Under the pieces are notes generated by a model. It was given only the letters and a program-made list of their open reading frames with translations, was not told where the DNA came from and did not search any database. Positions 11,192 through 21,473 of a DNA stretch of 64,000 nt are shown piece after piece; position 1 is the stretch's first letter; every line of letters starts with the position of its first letter. The position numbers and the translations under genes were made by a program. The DNA comes from Eledone cirrhosa (taxonomy: Eukaryota): assembly GCA_964016885.1 (NCBI GenBank), contig OZ024743.1, positions 360,778,001 through 360,842,000 on the forward strand. The letters are read 5' to 3'.

Positions 11192-14100
11192 TTACAGATA
11201 TATACTCAGAGTCGGCCCATTCACTCGGGCCATTCTTGCTTCTCTCACGCATCTTTCAACAAAATGCTGGGAAGAGAGCACTTCCTTCTCTACTCTGATT
11301 TTCCTTTTCAAATGAAATTTGAAAAAGTCAATCAGAGCATCACCGAAGAGGTAAGTGCTCGTCTTCAGCCCTTTCAAACGTGTCCACCATACTATCTCTT
11401 TCGCCATGGCCACCAGACAGATAAAAACTGCCTGCCCTTCCCGGCTAAAGGAGGAGGGCGGGGCAATCCTCACGATAGACTCAGATGATAGCTGGATCCG
11501 TCCTAAACGCGACAGCAGGTGTTCGACATAAACCCACAAGTCAGCAATTTTCGGGCACTGGACGAGTGCGTGCAGGACGGTTTCGTCGCCCTGCGCGCAT
11601 CTCGGACATGCCCGGCTGACGGCACCTCCATGCCTGTAGAGTTTATCCCGAACTGGCAAGGCTCCTCGGTAGCACTGCCAGGCCAGAGATTTCTGGAAGT
11701 TGTCCATAGGCCCTGGCCCGAAGGTTCTTCCGAAGAGATTGGCTAGTTGATTTTCGTCGACGCCTAGAGTTTCCCCAAGTACGTCGTCGCTCTTCCCCTC
11801 CACTAATCCTCTATAGAACGCCGAGGTGGAGTTTCCACCGATCACATTGCCCGATTGGTCGAGGGCTGTGAGCGCCTGAAGACATTCCAGTCTCCAGGCG
11901 CTCCCTCTCGGTCTTCGCTTGACCCAGGACTGCAGCTCCGTCAAGGAAACGAGCTGGGGAAAAACGCGTCTAGCAAACGGCGACCACACCTGATCACCGT
12001 CGAGGAAGAGGTGGAGATGTCGTAGCCTGAGCGCGTGCCTGCGCATCATCAGCCACGGCATGCCCAGCCCTCCACGTAGCGGGTGTTGACAACAGATGGA
12101 CCGCCTGACCATCGGAGCACGTCCCTTCCACAAAAAGCGAAAGAGCAAACGCTCCAGCGCAGTCAGGCGAGGCTTAGGACAAGGTACGACGGTTAGGCGG
12201 TAGCAGATGACAGACGCGATGTACGCGTTAGCCACCTCCGCTCGACCTTTCAGGGATAGCTTCCTCTCCGCCCATTTCTGGGTGAGAGAAGCCACCCTGC
12301 TCGTCACCTCGTCCCAGTTTTTGTCCGTCTGGAGGTCCGGACCGAACCAGACCCCTAGCAATTTAACCGGTCCGTCCGTCCAGCGCCCGACGACGCTGTT
12401 GGACGGCATGGACCTGCCTCTCCAGGTGCCGAGCTGCAGGCCCACTGACTTTTCCTGGTTGATCATTGCTCCTGTCACCGCTTCGTATTCTCTTAGTGTA
12501 GTGCCGATCGCCTCGATGTGTTTGGCGTTCGACACCACTACGGTGACATCGTCCGCATATGCTGACACGGATCTTCCGCATCCTAGTTCGCGCGGGACTC
12601 CCCTCAACGTCTCCAGTTTGTGCAGTAATGGCTCGAGAGTCAATACGTACAAGAGGGACGAGAGGGGACATCCTTGGCGGACCGAGCGCATGATGTTGAA
12701 CGGTTCCGACAGGTGACCGTTCACTCTCACCACAGAGCAGATGTCGCTGTGCATGGCAGCGATCCAGCCTCTGAAGACGGGCCCAAAGCCAGCCGCCCTC
12801 AGGACTGCCGCTAGGTAACGATGGTCGACCCTATCGAAAGCTTTCGACTGATCTAAATTGATCAAGGACCCACCCGTGCCAGGTTCCCTAGCTACCCTCT
12901 CTACGATGTATCGCATGAGGTGGAGGTTGTCGTGGATGGATCTGTCGGGAATGGCGCATGTCTGCGCCTCTCCCACCAGACCACCAACGACAAGCGCCAA
13001 CCTCTTTGCTAGCACCTTGGCCAAAATCTTAAACTCTGTGTTTAGCAGAGTTATGGGCCGGAAATTGTCTATGTTATCCCCCTTGTTCGGATCCTTTCTC
13101 AGCAGTGCCACCGCTCCTCGGCTCACAGAACTGGGAATTCTCCCGTTCTGTTGCCAGTTGCAGTAGACGTCCGCCAAGAGGCCTCCGAACAAGTCTGGCA
13201 TCTGTACGTAAAGTTCATAGGGCAGACCATCCAAACCAGGCGATTTACCCCTTGTGCAGCCAGTCATTGCCTCCCTTACTTCAGCGGCTGTTATCGGCTT
13301 TTCGCAACACTTCGCCTCAGTGGCCGAGAGCCGCGGCAGTCCGTCGAGGTAGACACTAAAGTCCATCCCTCTACCCGGCCCCCCGCTGCCCCCGAACAGC
13401 TGAGCGAAGTGTCGCTGAAAAGCTTCACACATTTGCCCGGGATCGAGTAGCATGCGCCCGTCGTGGTCCACCAAAGACCGGATCGTGGCTTTGTTGCCAC
13501 GACGCGCCTCCGCCACTCGGGCCCATTGAACGGCTTTCGTCCCCTCGTGTCTGAGAGCACGCACCCTAGCTCTGACAACGCAGCCTTCGTGCTTTGCATT
13601 GAAGAATTGGTCAAGGGCCAATTTCGCCGCAAGCACGTCGGTCGCAATGCCTTTGCTAAGCGCCTCGTCTAATTTTCTAACTAGTTCTCCCTCTGCTCTA
13701 TTTTTCTCTATTGCTAAAGCCTTACTAAACCTAATCGATTCTATTCTAATCGCTCTTTTCAGAGCAAACCACCACTTGTTGTTGACGATGGCCCCCGTCA
13801 ACGCCCGCTTAACTAGTTCGCTAATCCGGTCTCTGTAGGCCTTGCGCGCTGGTAAGGACGCGTTTAGCTTCCAGTAGCCGGGTCCTCGTCTATGAAGCCT
13901 ATCTAAGTCAAGCACACAGATCACGAATTTGTGGTCCGTGTAGCTGACTATCTTGAATTGTGGACAGCCTATGCTAGACCTATCTATTTCCCTACAAAAT
14001 ACTCTATCTAGATATGATCTGGATGACCCTATGCGGTTTGTCCAAGTCCACATTGGCACATTCGGGAAATCCAATCGGTACCTGTCAGACAGTTCAAAAC

Positions 14101-14611
14101 GCCTGAGCAGGTTGGTGAGGCTCTTGCACCCTCCACCCCTATCCGCTAATCCCACACAGTCCCAGCGTGCATCTAAGATCCCGTTCCAGTCGCCCACTAA
14201 CACTAAAGAGCGCGACGTTCCAAGAAAGGTCTCCAGACGCCGGAAGAAATCAGGCCGCCCTGCTCCTGTCGGGGCATAGACGGCCACTAGCCTGAAAGCT
14301 TGCCCGTCTCCGCTGGTCACGTCCAGCACCACCAGCTTACCCTCTGGGTCCAGGAAGATGGCCCGTATGGCGAGATCCAAACCTCTCCGAAAAAGCACAG
14401 CAACTCCTCCACCCGATCCAGGACGGCTGGGAGATGCGTACACATCGTAGCCGCCGAAGATCGGTGCGAAGGCCCGTGCTTCGGAGATTCTGGTCTCGCT
14501 GATGGCCACTACATCTATGTTTAGTGACCTGAGGTCGTTGAGCAGGTGACCCTGCTTCCATGACGACCCCAAGCCACGCGCATTTATGCTGCCTATTCTG
14601 AGTGAGGTCAT
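11192..14611 (-). CDS. Tx1-like ORF2p, 1139 aa: APE endonuclease + reverse transcriptase + C-terminal zinc-binding motif
   Basis: APE: SINARGL, ISETR, VYAP, VGDWN, SYLDRVF, TDHKFV. RT: NFRPITLLN, LDQSKAFDRVDH, VRQGCPLS, YADD. Then CPRC..ETVLHALVQC. Confidence 0.96.
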   Translation of the reverse strand: MTSLRIGSINARGLGSSWKQGHLLNDLRSLNIDVVAISETRISEARAFAPIFGGYDVYASPSRPGSGGGVAVLFRRGLDLAIRAIFLDPEGKLVVLDVTSGDGQAFRLVAVYAPTGAGRPDFFRRLETFLGTSRSLVLVGDWNGILDARWDCVGLADRGGGCKSLTNLLRRFELSDRYRLDFPNVPMWTWTNRIGSSRSYLDRVFCREIDRSSIGCPQFKIVSYTDHKFVICVLDLDRLHRRGPGYWKLNASLPARKAYRDRISELVKRALTGAIVNNKWWFALKRAIRIESIRFSKALAIEKNRAEGELVRKLDEALSKGIATDVLAAKLALDQFFNAKHEGCVVRARVRALRHEGTKAVQWARVAEARRGNKATIRSLVDHDGRMLLDPGQMCEAFQRHFAQLFGGSGGPGRGMDFSVYLDGLPRLSATEAKCCEKPITAAEVREAMTGCTRGKSPGLDGLPYELYVQMPDLFGGLLADVYCNWQQNGRIPSSVSRGAVALLRKDPNKGDNIDNFRPITLLNTEFKILAKVLAKRLALVVGGLVGEAQTCAIPDRSIHDNLHLMRYIVERVAREPGTGGSLINLDQSKAFDRVDHRYLAAVLRAAGFGPVFRGWIAAMHSDICSVVRVNGHLSEPFNIMRSVRQGCPLSSLLYVLTLEPLLHKLETLRGVPRELGCGRSVSAYADDVTVVVSNAKHIEAIGTTLREYEAVTGAMINQEKSVGLQLGTWRGRSMPSNSVVGRWTDGPVKLLGVWFGPDLQTDKNWDEVTSRVASLTQKWAERKLSLKGRAEVANAYIASVICYRLTVVPCPKPRLTALERLLFRFLWKGRAPMVRRSICCQHPLRGGLGMPWLMMRRHALRLRHLHLFLDGDQVWSPFARRVFPQLVSLTELQSWVKRRPRGSAWRLECLQALTALDQSGNVIGGNSTSAFYRGLVEGKSDDVLGETLGVDENQLANLFGRTFGPGPMDNFQKSLAWQCYRGALPVRDKLYRHGGAVSRACPRCAQGDETVLHALVQCPKIADLWVYVEHLLSRLGRIQLSSESIVRIAPPSSFSREGQAVFICLVAMAKEIVWWTRLKGLKTSTYLFGDALIDFFKFHLKRKIRVEKEVLSSQHFVERCVREARMARVNGPTLSIYL

Positions 14612-14646
14612 GTTTAAAATAGAGTGGAAAAGATGGGAAAGACCAC

Positions 14647-16746
14647 TTACCGTATTTTTGGTAGAGGAGGGATGGTTTTTACATCCCTTTTCACTTGATC
14701 GTCTGGTGAAGGGACCGTTGAATCGTCCCTTCGGCTGGTCGTCGGCTCTTCTAAGAGAATGTCTGAATATACTCTTCGATTAATGGTTCCTCCTAGGTCC
14801 CTGAAATCACCAACTGCGTTGGGGAATTTCGTTTTAATGTTTGTGTATTGTTTCTGTGCTATTTTTAGCAGTCTTATGTTAGTTGGCGTTTTGATTGGTG
14901 CTGGTATTATGTAGTCCTGTTGTGAAATGTCTGTGTGTTCAATTATGTAAGTCATTAGTTTCTTGTTGTGTGTGTTTATTGCCGTGCATTTGTTTTTCTG
15001 GGGGTGGGGTGTGGTTCTGCTATTTTCTTGTCGTTGTTGCTGGGTGTGTGTGTTTTGTTGTTGTGTTTGCGATGTTGGTGCTTGTGGTGGTGGTGTTGAA
15101 GGTGTTGTTGGCGGTGGGGTTGTCGCCGGTGGTGATGGTGGTGCTGGTGTGGGTGGTGATGGTGTTGGTGGTGTTGCTGCTGTGGGTCTCTTTGCAGTAG
15201 ACTTTACCCTTTTCTCATTTCTTTCCTCCCTTTTCAAAGGCGACGATGCGCTGCTTCTGCGTTTGTGCCTTCTTGAGACCTTTTGCCATCCCTCTCCCAC
15301 CTCACACTCCATGTCTGATTCTGTAAGGTCGGGGAGGGGTACCAGCTCCACTCTTTCACTTGTTGTTGTTGGTGATGTTTGCACTGGAGTCTCTGTTGCA
15401 GCTGCATTTGGTATTGCTGTTGTTGTTGTTAATATTTCCACTGCTGCTGCTGTCTTTGATTTCCGTGGAGTGGGTATGGGTGCCACGGACCTATCGTTCC
15501 TGGTTGCCGCTTGTCCTGTTGCTGGTAGCCGTGGAACCGGATTCGGGAGGAGGGGGGTTTTCTCCTTTCTCAGGGTCTTCTCGTTGCAGAAGGCCCTGAG
15601 GTGAGTCTTCGATCCACAGCGAAAGCATTTCGGGCGTTTGCCCTCAACACTTATGGGCAGTTGAGTGCCGTTATCGAAGTCTATCACATCCGGGATAGCT
15701 TCGATGCACTCCTGGTTGGTTTGGATTAGCATCTCAATGGAGGAGCCGACCCAATCTTCTCTTACTTTTTTCTGTACTTGCAGTACAGTTGTTTTGTCCT
15801 CGATTCCGACGAGGACAGACGCGGCCAGCCAAGAAGGGGTCATTCCGGGGGGGACGTGGGTCAGTTTGACCCTCACAATTTTTTGCCCGCAGTAGGAGGG
15901 CACCAACACCATTTCCTCGCTCCTTAGGGTCACTACTGATTGGGCCTTTGCCTCCTGGGGTGTGGCAAAAAGTACGTCTACGGTGGCGTATTTTTTGCCT
16001 CGGGTGATGTGCGTTTTCCTCTGCCACACAGACCCCAAGGCTTTTTGTATTTGGGCCTCTGTGGCTCTTTCCACCCTACGGGATTTTGTACTTACTGTAC
16101 GGTACGTGACCGTACAGTGCTCTTGGGTTTCGAAAAAATTTTTCGCTGCCTTGCAGATTGCTCGGTGTCCGTTCTTTGTCACCATCTTCTTCGCTTCCTC
16201 TAATTCCTCATTTGTTATGAGGATTGTTTCCAGGTTTTTCGCAATACCTGCAAATGAGATTGGTTTTTCTCTGCTGTTGTTGTTGTCGTCAGAGCTGCTG
16301 GTACTTTTGTTGTTGCTGCAGGTACTACGACTACTGCCTCCGCCGCTGTTGCTGTGGTTGTTGTTGGTGTTGCTGCTGCTAATGCTGTTGTTGTTTATGC
16401 TGCTGGTGATGCTGTTGCGGCTGCTACTGTTGTTTTCATTGTCACTGTTGCTGTTGTTATTACGGCTGCTACTGCTATTATTCCTGACGTCAGACGAATG
16501 AACTGGGTTTTCGTATTTCCCGCACACCTGTTTCGTCGCTGTCGTCGTCGTCGTGGAGAAACCTTGCACGCTTTGCACGAGACTTTTCTTTTCTTTCGTC
16601 GCTTGCGAAAGAGAAGGTAGGGAGAGAGACACATTTAAAGAAGGGAGGGAGAGAGACAATCTTCTCTCTCCTGTAGTGATGATTGAGGAAGAAGAAGACG
16701 GAATGAGTGGGAGTGACGTATGAAATTTTTTTTTTTTGGTAGCCAT
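14647..16746 (-). CDS. Tx1-like ORF1p: low-complexity N-terminus, RRM-like region, CCHC knuckle, Pro/Thr-rich tail
   Basis: First ATG at 16746 (frame open from 16779). Contains CFRCGSKTHLRAFC and lies directly upstream of ORF2. Confidence 0.9.
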   Translation of the reverse strand: MATKKKKFHTSLPLIPSSSSSIITTGERRLSLSLPSLNVSLSLPSLSQATKEKKSLVQSVQGFSTTTTTATKQVCGKYENPVHSSDVRNNSSSSRNNNSNSDNENNSSSRNSITSSINNNSISSSNTNNNHSNSGGGSSRSTCSNNKSTSSSDDNNNSREKPISFAGIAKNLETILITNEELEEAKKMVTKNGHRAICKAAKNFFETQEHCTVTYRTVSTKSRRVERATEAQIQKALGSVWQRKTHITRGKKYATVDVLFATPQEAKAQSVVTLRSEEMVLVPSYCGQKIVRVKLTHVPPGMTPSWLAASVLVGIEDKTTVLQVQKKVREDWVGSSIEMLIQTNQECIEAIPDVIDFDNGTQLPISVEGKRPKCFRCGSKTHLRAFCNEKTLRKEKTPLLPNPVPRLPATGQAATRNDRSVAPIPTPRKSKTAAAVEILTTTTAIPNAAATETPVQTSPTTTSERVELVPLPDLTESDMECEVGEGWQKVSRRHKRRSSASSPLKREERNEKRVKSTAKRPTAATPPTPSPPTPAPPSPPATTPPPTTPSTPPPQAPTSQTQQQNTHTQQQRQENSRTTPHPQKNKCTAINTHNKKLMTYIIEHTDISQQDYIIPAPIKTPTNIRLLKIAQKQYTNIKTKFPNAVGDFRDLGGTINRRVYSDILLEEPTTSRRDDSTVPSPDDQVKRDVKTIPPLPKIR

Positions 16747-16959
16747 GTTTTTTTGTTTAAAATGAAATTTTGGGTACAAAACCCCAATAACTGGCTATTT
16801 AACCCCGAAGGGCCAAATAACGGACAGAAAGACCCCTCTCACGAGGAGGAGGGTGTCTTTATCAACAATTTGGTTCAAGTTTTAAACAATTTACAATTGT
16901 TTTAACGGTTAAAAATTACTATACCTTACAGAGCCGAGCCTCCGTCAACCATGGCATTC

Positions 16960-16997
<38 letters not shown>

Positions 16998-17007
16998 TAA
17001 TAATAAT
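16960..17007. repeat. (AAT)n spacer at a head-to-head junction
   Basis: Direct reading. Confidence 0.93.
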
Positions 17008-20000
17008 AAAAAAAAAAATAAAATGGCTATAAATGGAATAAGAAGAACCCCCCCTCCTCTCCTCTGGCTACACTATATAGGACAGCTAAACTCACCAACA
17101 CCAGAAACTAGATACACCACCCACCCCACCATCTGTGTACACTAAACACAACAGCATTTTCACCTTCACCGCCACCGCTCACTACGGCCATCATTACCAC
17201 CACTATCCCATCACCGCCGCCACCACCCCTTGACTCCTTCACTGCTGCTGCCACCGCTACAGCACCATCACTACAGTAATACGGTCGCATCACCGCCACC
17301 ACTGCCTCGGTATCGACATCACCACCACCCCTGTCTCAGTATCGTCAACGCCGCCAGTCTCTGCTGGCTGCCACTTCCACATTATAGAATTCCTACTACT
17401 AAAAAAGAGGAAGGCATCAAAATATATAGATAGACTCAAAAGAAAAAAGAAAAAACAAACAACAAAACCACAGCAGCACAGCAACAACAGCAAAAAACGA
17501 GAAAAACAAACAGAGAAAAACAAAAACAAAAAAAGAAACCCCAAAAACGTAAAGAAAATAAGAATGAAGAGAGAAGCAGGCGGACGGACAGAGAAGAAGA
17601 GGGGGGAAAAAGTAAAACTTAAAAAACAAAAACTAAGTCAGACATTCGAATACTACATTACAATGAAACTTATGCTTATTCATTTTTGGGGCCCTTTCTG
17701 CCCGTGTGTTTGTTTGTTTATGTGTGTCCGTATACAGCGTGGTGATAATGCCACACAAGGGCCAAGTGGGATGGCGGATCCACAGATGGCTATGTAAACA
17801 TACATTCGCCAATCCTCGATAAGAGTGTTTAAATATCGAACATAAACAGTTCGAATAACGGTGAAATGGAGACTAGAACGTCATGTGACAGACTCTCACC
17901 CAACAGGTGCCCCCTGGCTCAGCAGCAGGAACCTGACTGTCAACCAAATACTGCTGATGTTGGAGGAAGAAGAAGAAGGAAAGGGGCCAGAACCAACTGG
18001 ACGAAAGAATTGAATAGAACTGTTATGCAATGCTACCTGAAAAGTAACCCCAAGGAGAGGGGCTACAGGAGACGGATGCATAACATCTGGAACGAGATTG
18101 GTTTATTTAAATTAGATGAACAAAAATTGGCCGGGCAGGCTCGGGTAATAAGAACTAATGGGTGGATAAGCGAGCTGGAACTGGAGGAACTGAGCAGAGA
18201 GAATGGCTTGGAGATGGCGGGTGTAGTATGCCAGACAAGCGAGCCGGCGGGAAATGAAGGTGAGGAGGTCCTGAGAACGGAGGAACCACCCGAAGCAGAC
18301 AATGATCTGAATACTGAGATAAATAATACCTGGAACAGAGATACGGCCACTGAGGAGATGAATGCTGACGGGCTAGGACAAGATTCGGTTGACATCCTAA
18401 ATTTAGTGGTAGATGAGTTGAACAATGATAGTGGGAGACCTATGAACCTAAGATTTGTAGACAGGAAAAAGTTAAAAGAAACAACAGCTAAGGTAAACAA
18501 AGTCATCCCATACCTTGAGGCGAGGAGTCTTCACCAGTGCAACAATATCCTCAAAGCAACAGCAAATACGGTGAGGAAACTACTTGGTATAAAAGCGAGA
18601 GGAAACAACAGACAAGAAAGAGCAGAGCTGTGGTGGAAGAAGCGACTGAGTGGGCAAATCGGGGAAATGAGAAATGACATAGGAAAGCTTGAGTCACTAC
18701 TGAAGGGGACACTAAAAAACATAGGCACTAAAAATAGACTGGAAATAAAATACAAAACTAGGAGTAAAAAGCTAAATATTATCATAGAGGAATTGAAGCA
18801 ACGCATTGTAGCAAAGAGTGCCAAAATCAGGCGATACGAGAACAGAGTCAGTCAGTATAAACAGAACCGCATGTTCGACAACAACCAGAAGATGCTGTTT
18901 GGACAGCTTGAGGGGAAAGAAAGAGGCAACGACTTGATCCCTGGGGCGGAACAAGCTAAAACATTCTGGAGAGGAATATGGGAGCAGGATGTTAGACACA
19001 ATGCCCAGGCAGGGTGGATTGAGACAGTACAGAGGGAGATCGGTGAGCAGGCACAACAACAGACTGATTTGAGTATCACAGTTGAAACTCTTAAGGGGCA
19101 AGCCAAAAAACTAACCAACTGGAAATCACCAGGCCCAGATGGTATGCAGGGGTATTGGATTAAACATTTAACATCCCTCCACCCGAAGCTGACGGCCATG
19201 TTCAATGACTGCTTGGTGTCGGGTGAGGTGCCAGAGTGGTTGACAAAAGGTACCACAGTTCTGATAATGAAAGACCGAATCAAGGGTAATAATGTTACCA
19301 ACTATAGACCTATCACATGTCTGCCCGTAATGTGGAAACTGTTGACGAGCATTGTGTCTGAGGAAGTCTGCCATCACCTCCACACAAACAACTTGTTGCC
19401 GGACGAACAGAAAGGATGCCGAAAGAAGTCACGTGGTACAAAGGACCAGTTGCTTATTGATAAGATGGTAATGGGGAATTGCAGGAGGAGACACACTGAT
19501 CTTGCCATGGGATGGATAGACTACAGAAAGGCATTTGACATGGTGCCTCATTCCTGGATCACCAAAAGCCTGGAGATCTTCAGGGTGGCAGATAACATCA
19601 GACAGTTGCTGGGCAGGAGTATGGGGTCCTGGGAGACAGAGTTGACATCAACTGGAGTATCCTTGGGAAGCGTGAAGATCAAGAGAGGTATCTTCCAGGG
19701 AGATAGCCTGTCCCCTCTGTTGTTTGTCCTTGCCCTGATGCCCTTGACCATTATGCTGCGAAAAGTGAGAGCAGGATACAAGTTGGGAAGGGGAGAGCTT
19801 ACCATCAATCACCTCCTCTTCATGGACGATCTTAAGCTCTTCGGGAAAAGTGAGAAGGAGTTGGATGTGCTTGTTGACACTGTCCGTATTTTCAGCAGTG
19901 ATATATGTATGCAGTTTGGTATTGGTAAATGTGGAGTCATTGTGATGAGGAGGGGTAGGTTGAGCAGAAGTAACGGGATCCAGATACCAACAGGTGAGAT

Positions 20001-21332
20001 GATAAAGGAAATTGACTCTGAGGAAGGATACAAGTATTTGGGCGTTCTGGAGGCTGATGGCATAAAGAACAAAAAAATGAAGGAATTGTTAAGAACTGAA
20101 TACATTCGGAGAGTAAGGAGCGTATTGAAGTCACATCTGAACAGCAGAAATGCCATAAGCGCAGTAAATTCCCGAGCTGTGTCTATTATTAGGTACAGTG
20201 CGGGAATTCTGAGATGGAATGTTGCTGAACAAAAAGAAATGGATAGGAAGACTAGGAAGCTATTGACTATCTACAACATGTTCCACAAGAGGAGTGATGT
20301 CGATAGACTCTACCTAAGGAGATCTGAGGGTGGAAGAGGTCTTATCAGCATAGAGGACTGTGTTCAGATGGAGAAAAACAACCTATACAAATACGTGACC
20401 TATAGTAAGGAGCCAATGCTCAGAGCTGTACTGAAGGAGGGGACAGTAGGCCAGGGGATATCCAAGGAGGAAATAACATCAAGGAGGAAGAGCAGCCTTA
20501 AGGGAAAATCCCTTCATAGTACCTTCTTTGAGAAAACTGAATTTAGAGATCCACAGACATGGAACTGGTTGAGAAGAGGAGACCTCAAAAAGGCTACAGA
20601 AGGAATGCTAATGGCTGCGCAGGAGCAGGCCCTCAAAACGAAGTGGTTGAAGCACCATATCTACAAGGAGGAGGCTAGCCCACTGTGCAGGATCTGTGGA
20701 GAGAGAGAGGAGACTGTGGCACACATTGTGTCCGAGTGTAAACACCTAGCCCAGACCCACTACAAGGGCTGGAGACACGATGTGATGGGCAGGGTGATCC
20801 ACTGGCACCTGTGCAAAGTAAACAATCTACCGCATTCTGAGAAATGGTATGAGCATAGGCCAGAGGCGGTGATGGAGAACAGTCAGGTGAAGGTGCTGTG
20901 GGATTTTAGGATACAGACGGACAAAAAACTGGAACACAATAGACCTGACCTGGTGGTTGTGGACAAAGAAAAAAGATCGTGCCTGATTGTGGATGTGGCC
21001 TGCCCGTTCGACACGAGAGTGCAAGAGAAGGAGAGGGAGAAAATTAACCGATACCAGGACCTAAAGTGGGAGGTGAAAAGGATTTGGAACTGCCATGAAG
21101 TCAAAGTGATCCCGATTGTCATAGACGCACTGGGGACTATCTCCAAAGGTTTCCAGGGATGGTTAAAGAAAATCGGCCCCTTCACGCTTTTTGGAACGCT
21201 TCAAAAGGCATGCTTGCTTGGAACGGCAAGAACCCTCCGATACGTCCTGAATATCTGAAGCTGCAGGTAGTGGCTTGATATTCAATCCAACGGACTTTCC
21301 AGTTAACCAACATCAATGACTGAGATTCAAGG
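17008..21332 (+). mobile_element. R4/Dong-type family A copy 2 (ORF intact, leader 5'-truncated by ~200 bp)
   Basis: Begins at the A-run preceding AAATGGCTATAAATGG of the leader; ends GAGATTCAAGG then (AAT)n. Confidence 0.94.
17866..21258 (+). CDS. R4/Dong-type protein, 1130 aa: Myb-like N-terminus, RT, CCHC knuckle, restriction-like endonuclease
   Basis: NWTKELN..MQCY; KSPGPDG, NYRPITCL, IDYRKAFD, GIFQGDSLSPLLF, FMDDLKL, YKYLG; CRICGEREETVAHIVSEC; RHD, RPDLVV..VDVACP..EKINRYQDL. Confidence 0.96.
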   Translation: METRTSCDRLSPNRCPLAQQQEPDCQPNTADVGGRRRRKGARTNWTKELNRTVMQCYLKSNPKERGYRRRMHNIWNEIGLFKLDEQKLAGQARVIRTNGWISELELEELSRENGLEMAGVVCQTSEPAGNEGEEVLRTEEPPEADNDLNTEINNTWNRDTATEEMNADGLGQDSVDILNLVVDELNNDSGRPMNLRFVDRKKLKETTAKVNKVIPYLEARSLHQCNNILKATANTVRKLLGIKARGNNRQERAELWWKKRLSGQIGEMRNDIGKLESLLKGTLKNIGTKNRLEIKYKTRSKKLNIIIEELKQRIVAKSAKIRRYENRVSQYKQNRMFDNNQKMLFGQLEGKERGNDLIPGAEQAKTFWRGIWEQDVRHNAQAGWIETVQREIGEQAQQQTDLSITVETLKGQAKKLTNWKSPGPDGMQGYWIKHLTSLHPKLTAMFNDCLVSGEVPEWLTKGTTVLIMKDRIKGNNVTNYRPITCLPVMWKLLTSIVSEEVCHHLHTNNLLPDEQKGCRKKSRGTKDQLLIDKMVMGNCRRRHTDLAMGWIDYRKAFDMVPHSWITKSLEIFRVADNIRQLLGRSMGSWETELTSTGVSLGSVKIKRGIFQGDSLSPLLFVLALMPLTIMLRKVRAGYKLGRGELTINHLLFMDDLKLFGKSEKELDVLVDTVRIFSSDICMQFGIGKCGVIVMRRGRLSRSNGIQIPTGEMIKEIDSEEGYKYLGVLEADGIKNKKMKELLRTEYIRRVRSVLKSHLNSRNAISAVNSRAVSIIRYSAGILRWNVAEQKEMDRKTRKLLTIYNMFHKRSDVDRLYLRRSEGGRGLISIEDCVQMEKNNLYKYVTYSKEPMLRAVLKEGTVGQGISKEEITSRRKSSLKGKSLHSTFFEKTEFRDPQTWNWLRRGDLKKATEGMLMAAQEQALKTKWLKHHIYKEEASPLCRICGEREETVAHIVSECKHLAQTHYKGWRHDVMGRVIHWHLCKVNNLPHSEKWYEHRPEAVMENSQVKVLWDFRIQTDKKLEHNRPDLVVVDKEKRSCLIVDVACPFDTRVQEKEREKINRYQDLKWEVKRIWNCHEVKVIPIVIDALGTISKGFQGWLKKIGPFTLFGTLQKACLLGTARTLRYVLNI

Positions 21333-21344
21333 AATAACAATAAC

Positions 21345-21416
<72 letters not shown>

Positions 21417-21473
21417 AAGAAGAAGAAGAAGAAGAAGAAGAAGAAGAAGAAGAAGAAGAAGAAGAAGAAGAAG
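21333..21473. repeat. Compound microsatellite (AAT)n(AAG)n
   Basis: Direct reading. Confidence 0.95.

Larger units (their letters stand above)
10928..16959 (-). mobile_element. L1/Tx1-type non-LTR retrotransposon, copy 2 (both ORFs intact)
   Basis: Two open ORFs separated by 35 nt; both ends abut (AAT)n. Confidence 0.95.

Noticed and set aside
17790-17868. Canonical HDV-like ribozyme call
   Set aside because: A nested-stem topology is possible, but the G-U at P1, the P1.1 GG/CC and the catalytic C in J4/2 could not be placed. Kept only as an unclassified structure.
343-21332. [Tx1 + family A] x2 as a ~10.6-kb tandem duplication or assembly artefact
   Set aside because: The Tx1 copies have different ORF1/5' UTRs, and the A copies differ in 5' end point, nested insert and many substitutions.
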